Shown piece after piece: positions 58,653-64,000 of a DNA stretch of 64,000 nt. Within the stretch, counting starts at the first letter, position 1. Each line of letters opens with the position of its first letter. The stretch is from positions 1 through 64,000 of the forward strand of contig CAWHHI010000011.1 of the NCBI GenBank assembly GCA_963829055.1, read 5' to 3'. The notes below the pieces were generated by a model. That model saw only the letters and a program-made list of their open reading frames with translations, was not told where the DNA came from and did no database searches. The position numbers and the translations under genes are program-made. This DNA is from an uncultured Gemmatimonadaceae bacterium. GTDB taxonomy: Bacteria; Gemmatimonadota; Gemmatimonadetes; Gemmatimonadales; Gemmatimonadaceae.

Positions 58653-58829
58653 CACGAGACGATCGGATATCTTCAAAACGTCGGCCCTCACGTCGGCCCT
58701 CGACCTCGCAGCCTCTACCCCGACTGCCCATGTCTGCCCCAGCGGTGAACCCCCCGCGTGCCGCACAGCGCGGCGCGGCCTCCAGACGTACCGGCGCCTG
58801 CAGGCGTCACAAGCCAGCCGGTCCCGAGC

Positions 58830-60470
58830 ATGGGACTGCTGACCGGCTTCAACGGCAACCGTCGCGTGCCCGTGCCCGCGAACGAGCCCGTACGATCGTA
58901 CGCGCCCGGCTCACCCGAGCGCGCCGCCCTCAAGGCACGCCTCGAGTCCATGGCGTCCGAGCGCATCGAAATTCCTGTCATCATCGGTGGCAAGGAATAT
59001 CGCTCGGGGGAGATCGCGCATGCAGTGATGCCGCACTCCCACGGTCACGTGCTCGCGGATTGGCACAAGGCGACGAAGGAGCACGTGCTGCTCGCCGTCG
59101 ATGCCTCACGCGAGGCGCAGCGTGAATGGGCCAACTGGCCCTGGGAAGATCGCGCCGCGGTCTTTCTCAAAGCGGCCGAGCTCCTCTCGACGACGTGGCG
59201 CGCAACGCTCAACGCGGCCACGATGCTCGGCCAGTCGAAGACCGCGTATCAGGCGGAGATCGACTCGGCGTGCGAGCTGATCGACTTCCTGCGCTTCAAC
59301 TGCGCGTTCGCGCAGGAGCTGTACGACGAGCAGCCGTCGAGCAGCAACCAGGCGTGGAATCAGCTCGACTATCGCGCGCTCGAGGGATTCGTCTACGCGG
59401 TGACGCCGTTCAACTTCACGGCGATCGGCGGCAATCTGCCGAGCGCGCCGGCGCTCATGGGGAACAGCGTGATCTGGAAGCCGGCGTCGACGGCGATGCT
59501 CTCCGGCTACTACGTCCTCAAGCTGCTCGAGGCCGCGGGACTTCCGCCCGGCGTGATCAACTTCGTTCCCGGCGACGCGGCGATGATCTCCGACGTGTTG
59601 CTCTCGCATCGCGATCTCGCGGGCGTGCACTTCACGGGCAGCACCGGCGTCTTCAACAGCATGTGGAAGACGATCGGCGCGAACATGAACAAGTATCGCA
59701 CGTACCCGCGCATCGTCGGTGAGACGGGCGGAAAGGACTTCATCATCGCGCATCCGTCGGCGGACGCGCAGGCGCTCGCGGTCGCGATCGCGCGCGGCGG
59801 CTACGAGTACCAGGGCCAGAAATGCTCGGCCGCGAGCCGCGTGTACGTGCCGAAGTCACTCTGGCCGCAGGTGCGTGATGCGACCGTCGGGATGATCGAG
59901 CAGATCCAGATGGGCGACGTCCGCGACTTCCGCAACTTCATGGGCGCGGTGATCGACGAGAAGTCGTTCAAGAAGATCGGCGACTACATCGCCGACGCGA
60001 AGACGAACGCGCGCATCGTGGCTGGTGGCGTCACGAAGGGCGACGAGGGCTACTTCGTCGCGCCGACGCTCATCGAGACGGACCAGCGCGACTATCGCCT
60101 GATGTGCGAGGAGATCTTCGGCCCGGTCGTCACGGCGTTCGTCTACGACGATGACAAGTGGTCGGAGACGCTCGACATCGTCGATGCGACGTCGCCGTAC
60201 GCGTTGACGGGATCGGTGTTCTCGACGGACCGTCGCGCGATTCAGCAGGCGAACGTGGCGCTGCGTAACGCGGCCGGAAACTTCTACATCAACGACAAGC
60301 CGACGGGCGCGGTGGTGGGTCAGCAGCCGTTCGGCGGCTCGCGCGCGAGTGGCACGAACGACAAGGCGGGCTCGAAGCTGAACCTGATGCGCTGGGTGAG
60401 CCCGCGGACGATCAAGGAAACGTTCTCTCCGCCGACGGAGCACACGTATCCATTCATGGCTGAAGAGTAG
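58830..60470 (+). CDS. pruA: L-glutamate gamma-semialdehyde (P5C) dehydrogenase
   Basis: NEPVRSYAPGSPER, QAEIDSACELIDFLRFN, PFNFTAIGGNL, GETGGKDF, YQGQKCSAASR, RASGTNDKAGS. Confidence 0.96.
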   Translation: MGLLTGFNGNRRVPVPANEPVRSYAPGSPERAALKARLESMASERIEIPVIIGGKEYRSGEIAHAVMPHSHGHVLADWHKATKEHVLLAVDASREAQREWANWPWEDRAAVFLKAAELLSTTWRATLNAATMLGQSKTAYQAEIDSACELIDFLRFNCAFAQELYDEQPSSSNQAWNQLDYRALEGFVYAVTPFNFTAIGGNLPSAPALMGNSVIWKPASTAMLSGYYVLKLLEAAGLPPGVINFVPGDAAMISDVLLSHRDLAGVHFTGSTGVFNSMWKTIGANMNKYRTYPRIVGETGGKDFIIAHPSADAQALAVAIARGGYEYQGQKCSAASRVYVPKSLWPQVRDATVGMIEQIQMGDVRDFRNFMGAVIDEKSFKKIGDYIADAKTNARIVAGGVTKGDEGYFVAPTLIETDQRDYRLMCEEIFGPVVTAFVYDDDKWSETLDIVDATSPYALTGSVFSTDRRAIQQANVALRNAAGNFYINDKPTGAVVGQQPFGGSRASGTNDKAGSKLNLMRWVSPRTIKETFSPPTEHTYPFMAEE

Positions 60471-60518
60471 CAGCTATCAGCTATCAGCTATCAGCCATCA
60501 GCCATCAGCCATCAGCTC
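60471..60518. repeat. (CAGCTAT)3(CAGCCAT)3 heptamer tandem array
   Basis: Begins immediately after the pruA stop codon. Confidence 0.85.
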
Positions 60519-60521
60519 GAA

Positions 60522-60563
60522 CGGCGTGGCGCGGCGTACTTCCCGAGTACTCCGCGCCACGCC
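60522..60563 (+). terminator. Hairpin downstream of pruA
   Basis: CGGCGTGGCGCGG.GTACT / AGTAC.CCGCGCCACGCCG stem. Confidence 0.5.
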
Positions 60564-60593
60564 GGCGTTAGGTTGAACGCGGCGCGTAACACC

Positions 60594-60667
60594 CAGCCGC
60601 ACCCAGCGTCACCCAGCAACCAGCACGACCACCCAGCAACCAGCGGCAGTCTCCAGTCCCCAGTCCC
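60594..60667 (+). repeat. Left arm of the 74-bp inverted repeat flanking the PhzF-family gene
   Basis: 69/74 identical to the reverse complement of 61587-61660 (manual ungapped alignment). Confidence 0.9.
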
Positions 60668-60675
60668 TAGTCCCA

Positions 60676-61584
60676 TTGCCATACACGTTCTACACCGCCG
60701 ATGTCTTCACGGACACGCTCTTCGGCGGCAACCAGCTCGGCGTCCTCCCCGATGCGCGTGGTCTCACCACCGAGCAGATGCTCGCCATCACGCGCGAGTT
60801 CAACTACTCCGAGTCGACGTTCGTCTTTCCGCCTGACGATCCGAAGCACACGCGCCGCGTGCGCATCTTCACGCCCGGCGGCGAGGTGCCGTTCGCGGGA
60901 CATCCCACCGTCGGCACCGCGCACGTGCTCGCGGCGATCGGCGAGATTCCGCTCACCGGCGACCTGACGCGCATCGTGTTCGAGGAGAACGTCGGGCCGG
61001 TGCCGGTCACGATTCGCGCTCGCGACGGGAAGCCCGAGTTCGCGCAGCTCTCGGTGGCAATGCTGCCGCAGGTGAGCGAGCCGCCCGTTAGGCGCGAGCG
61101 GCTGGCCGAGCTGCTGTCGCTCGACGTGCAGGATCTGCTGGATGGCGAATACGCGCCGCAGACCGTGTCGTGCGGGCTACCGTTTCTGCTCGTGCCACTG
61201 CGCGATCGTAAAGCGGTCGCGCGCTCGCGACTGAGACTCGAGCCGTGGGAGCAGACGCTTCGGGGCACGCCGTCGGAAATGGTGATGGTGTTCGCGGCGG
61301 ACGCGGAGCGGCCGGGCTCGGACATCCGCGCGCGCATGTACGGGCCGGCGGTGTCGGTCGCGGAAGATCCCGCGACGGGCTCGGCGTGCGCGTGCCTCGC
61401 CGGCTACCTCGCGGCGCGCACGCCGCGCGATGGCACGCTGCGCTGGGTCGTCGAGCAGGGCTTCGAGATGGGCCGCCCGAGCATTCTCGAGATCGAAGCC
61501 GACAAGCAGAACGGCGCCATCACGGCGGTGCGCGTTGGCGGAAAGACTGTGCTTGTTTCGAAGGGAGAGTTGTTAGGCGTGTAG
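60676..61584 (+). CDS. PhzF family isomerase/epimerase (TTG start)
   Basis: DVFT..FGGNQL, EFNYSESTF, RIFTP..EVPFAGHPT, EDPATGSA, EQGFEMGRPS. Confidence 0.93.
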   Translation: MPYTFYTADVFTDTLFGGNQLGVLPDARGLTTEQMLAITREFNYSESTFVFPPDDPKHTRRVRIFTPGGEVPFAGHPTVGTAHVLAAIGEIPLTGDLTRIVFEENVGPVPVTIRARDGKPEFAQLSVAMLPQVSEPPVRRERLAELLSLDVQDLLDGEYAPQTVSCGLPFLLVPLRDRKAVARSRLRLEPWEQTLRGTPSEMVMVFAADAERPGSDIRARMYGPAVSVAEDPATGSACACLAGYLAARTPRDGTLRWVVEQGFEMGRPSILEIEADKQNGAITAVRVGGKTVLVSKGELLGV

Positions 61585-61586
61585 TG

Positions 61587-61660
61587 GGGACTGGGGACTG
61601 GGAACTGCAGCTGGTTGCTGGGTGGTCGTGCTTGTTGCTGGGTGACGCTGGGTGGGGCTG
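61587..61660 (-). repeat. Right arm of the 74-bp inverted repeat flanking the PhzF-family gene
   Basis: Starts 2 bp after the stop codon; inverse of 60594-60667. Confidence 0.9.
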
Positions 61661-61845
61661 CATGCAGCGAGCAGCGCGTGGCGTGACCGGGCGGTATTGG
61701 CAGCAGCGGGCAGCGTGCGGCCGCAGCATGCAGCCGTCGGCTGAGGGCGGGCAGCTATCGGATGGCCGCTGGCCTTCGACCTCCTTCCTACGGCCTCTTT
61801 CCTAAGGCCCTCCTTCGGCCCCCTCTTTGCAAACATGGGGGCGTG

Positions 61846-64000
61846 ATGTCACAGACCCGAACCGCTACTCCGCCGTCGGTCCGCGCAATCGACCCCAACG
61901 AGCTGCGCGTGACGCGTCTCCGCGCGCTCCGAGGGCCGAACTACTGGCGCCTCGCACCCGTCATCGCGTGCGACGTGCGACTCGGTGCGCTCGAGTCCGT
62001 CACGTCCGCCGACATCCCGCACTTCAACGAGCAACTCCTCGCCGCTCTGCCCACGTTGCGCGAGCACCCATGCTCACGCGGCGCGCCCGGCGGCTTCGTC
62101 GATCGCCTCGAGCAGGGGACGCACATTCCCCACATCCTCGAGCACGTCGCCCTCGAGCTGCAGAACCTCGCCGGCAGCGACGTCGGGTTCGGGCGCGTCG
62201 TCGAGTCCGGCGACGCCGGCGTGTGGTGGGTCATCGTCGCGTATGAGGAAGAAGACGTCGGCCTCCAGAGCATGCGCGACGCCGTCTCGCTCGTTCGCGC
62301 GTCAATGGGCGGACCGCCCTTCGACATCGCGGCCGCCGTCGCTGAGCTGCAGGACCTCCACGAGCGCGTGAGACTCGGCCCGTCCACATGGGCCATCGTC
62401 GAAGAGGCCCGGCGGCGAGGGATCCCCGTTCGTCGCCTCAACTCACGCTCGCTCGTTCAGCTCGGGCTCGGCCGCAACTTGAGACGCATCCAGGCGACGC
62501 TCACCGATCACTCGAGCGCTATCGCCATAGAGATCGCGCAGGACAAGGACGAGACGAAGCGCGTGCTCGAAGCCGTCGGCTTGCCCGTCCCGCACGGCAA
62601 CGTCGCGGAATCCGCGGACGAGGCGGTCGAGTTCGCGCAGGAGATCGGCTTCCCCGTCATCCTCAAACCACTCGACCTGAGCCATGGCCGCGGCATCTCG
62701 GCGCGGCTCATGGACGAGCAGGCGGTGCGCGAGGCATGGGCACGGTCGGAGCAGTACGCGGATCGCTTCATCGTCGAGCAGTTCTCGGAAGGGCGCGACC
62801 ATCGCGTGCTCGTCATCGGCGGCCGCGTGGTCGCAGTCGCTGAACGCGTGCCCGCGCACGTCGTCGGCGATGGCACGCACACCGTACGTGAGCTCATCGA
62901 CATCGCGAACCAGGACCCGCGACGCGGTGTCGGTCACACGAAGGTCCTGACGCGACTCGCGTGCAACGACGTGACCGCCGAGCATCTGGCGCGATCCGGC
63001 CTAACGCTGACGAGTGTACCGGCGGCTGGCGAACAGGTGTCGCTCGCCGCCACGGCGAACCTCTCGACCGGCGGCACGTCGATCGACCGCACCGACGAGA
63101 TCCACCCGAGCAACGTGACCGCATGCGAGATGGCGGCGGGGGTCGTCGGCCTCGACATCGCGGGCATCGACGTCATGACGCGAGACATCTCGGTGCCGTT
63201 CCGCGAGAACGGCGCGGCGATCATCGAGGTGAACGCGGCACCGGGCGTGCGAATGCACACGCATCCCACGGAAGGCGAACCGCGAAACGTCGGTGCGCCG
63301 ATCATCGACATGCTGTATCCGCCGGGAGCGCCGACGGCCATTCCGGTCGTCGTCGGTGACGGGCACGAACGGGAAGACGACCACCGTTAGGCTCATCGCC
63401 CACATCTTCCGCCATACGGGCAAGACGGTCGGCTTCACGACGACCGACGGCGTGTATCTGAACAACCGGCTCGTCATCGAAGGCGACATGACGGGTCCGT
63501 TCAGCGCGAACATCATCCTGTCGAACCCGACGGTAGACGTCGCCGTGCTGGAGACGGCGCGCGGCGGCATCATCCGCGCGGGGCTCGGGTTCGATGAAGC
63601 CGATGTCGGGGTCGTGCTGAACGTCAGCGCCGATCACCTCGGGCTCGGCGGCATCAATACGCTCGACCAGCTCGCGGACGTGAAGAGCGTGATTGCGGCC
63701 GTCGTGAAGCGCGAAGGCCACGCGGTGCTCAACGCGGACGACCCGCTCGTGCTCGCGATGCGCGAACGATCCCCGGGCGACATCGTGCTGTTCTCGACGA
63801 TGGGAGAGGACGAGAATCCCGCGATCACCGAGCACCTCGCGCGCGCCGGCATCGCGGTGCTCGTCGAGCGCGATACGTTCGTCATCAGACGCGGCCGGCT
63901 GCGTATTCCGATCGCGAGCGTCCGCCAGGTGCCGCTCATGATGGGCGGCGCGGCGCGCTTCCAGCGCGGCAACATCCTGGCGGCCATCGGCACTGCCTAC
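61846..64000 (+). CDS. cphA: Cyanophycin synthetase (frameshift near 63355; runs off window)
   Basis: RALRGPNYW, HILEHVALELQ, LGPST, ATP-grasp KPLD..HGRG and IIEVNAAPG.RMH, Mur-ligase VTGTNGKTTT, AVLETARGG. Confidence 0.95.

Noticed and set aside
60471..60675. Repeats as a CRISPR array
   Set aside because: The units are 7-10 bp tandem repeats with no unique spacers and no cas genes.
60676..61584. Phenazine biosynthesis
   Set aside because: Only a lone PhzF-family gene is present, with no phzA/B/D/E/G.
42450..64000. Right half as a horizontally acquired genomic island
   Set aside because: It holds housekeeping genes (lepB, nfo, pruA) and has no integrase, att site or tRNA at the boundary.

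Overview
This GC-rich bacterial window appears to be a chimera of two genomes joined at about 42437-42449. Single-base indels break many otherwise conserved genes, so I read most frameshifts as long-read or assembly error. Left part (1-42.4 kb) looks like Rhizobiales (Mesorhizobium/Phyllobacteriaceae-like). It carries LysR/MarR/TetR modules, an XRE regulator with aceA and its small partner gene, puuA/puuB-like genes, a membrane class III nucleotidyl cyclase, zwf-pgl-edd, a vWA protein, a GlxA regulator, folD, a Wzx/Wzy polysaccharide locus with CtrA-like boxes, proC, a SAF-domain oxidoreductase, a truncated TPR gene and four toxin-antitoxin remnants or orphans. Right part (42.4-64 kb) looks like Gemmatimonadota, inferred from gene content and codon style only. 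It carries a CpaE-like fragment, a DUF883/holin-like/DUF3618 trio, bacilliredoxin, a stand-alone GroES, M24 peptidase, esterase, RidA, Hsp20, dctA, penicillin acylase, lepB, an H1-tailed SWIB protein, nfo, pruA, a PhzF-family gene and cphA. The most unusual signal is in the right half: a dense family of heptamer-based and palindromic repeats. These include a 74-bp inverted repeat (69/74 identical) tightly bracketing the PhzF-family gene and a repeat hairpin inside the penicillin acylase ORF. I recognised no rRNA, tRNA, CRISPR array, transposase or integrase. All product calls come from motif recognition by eye, not database searches.
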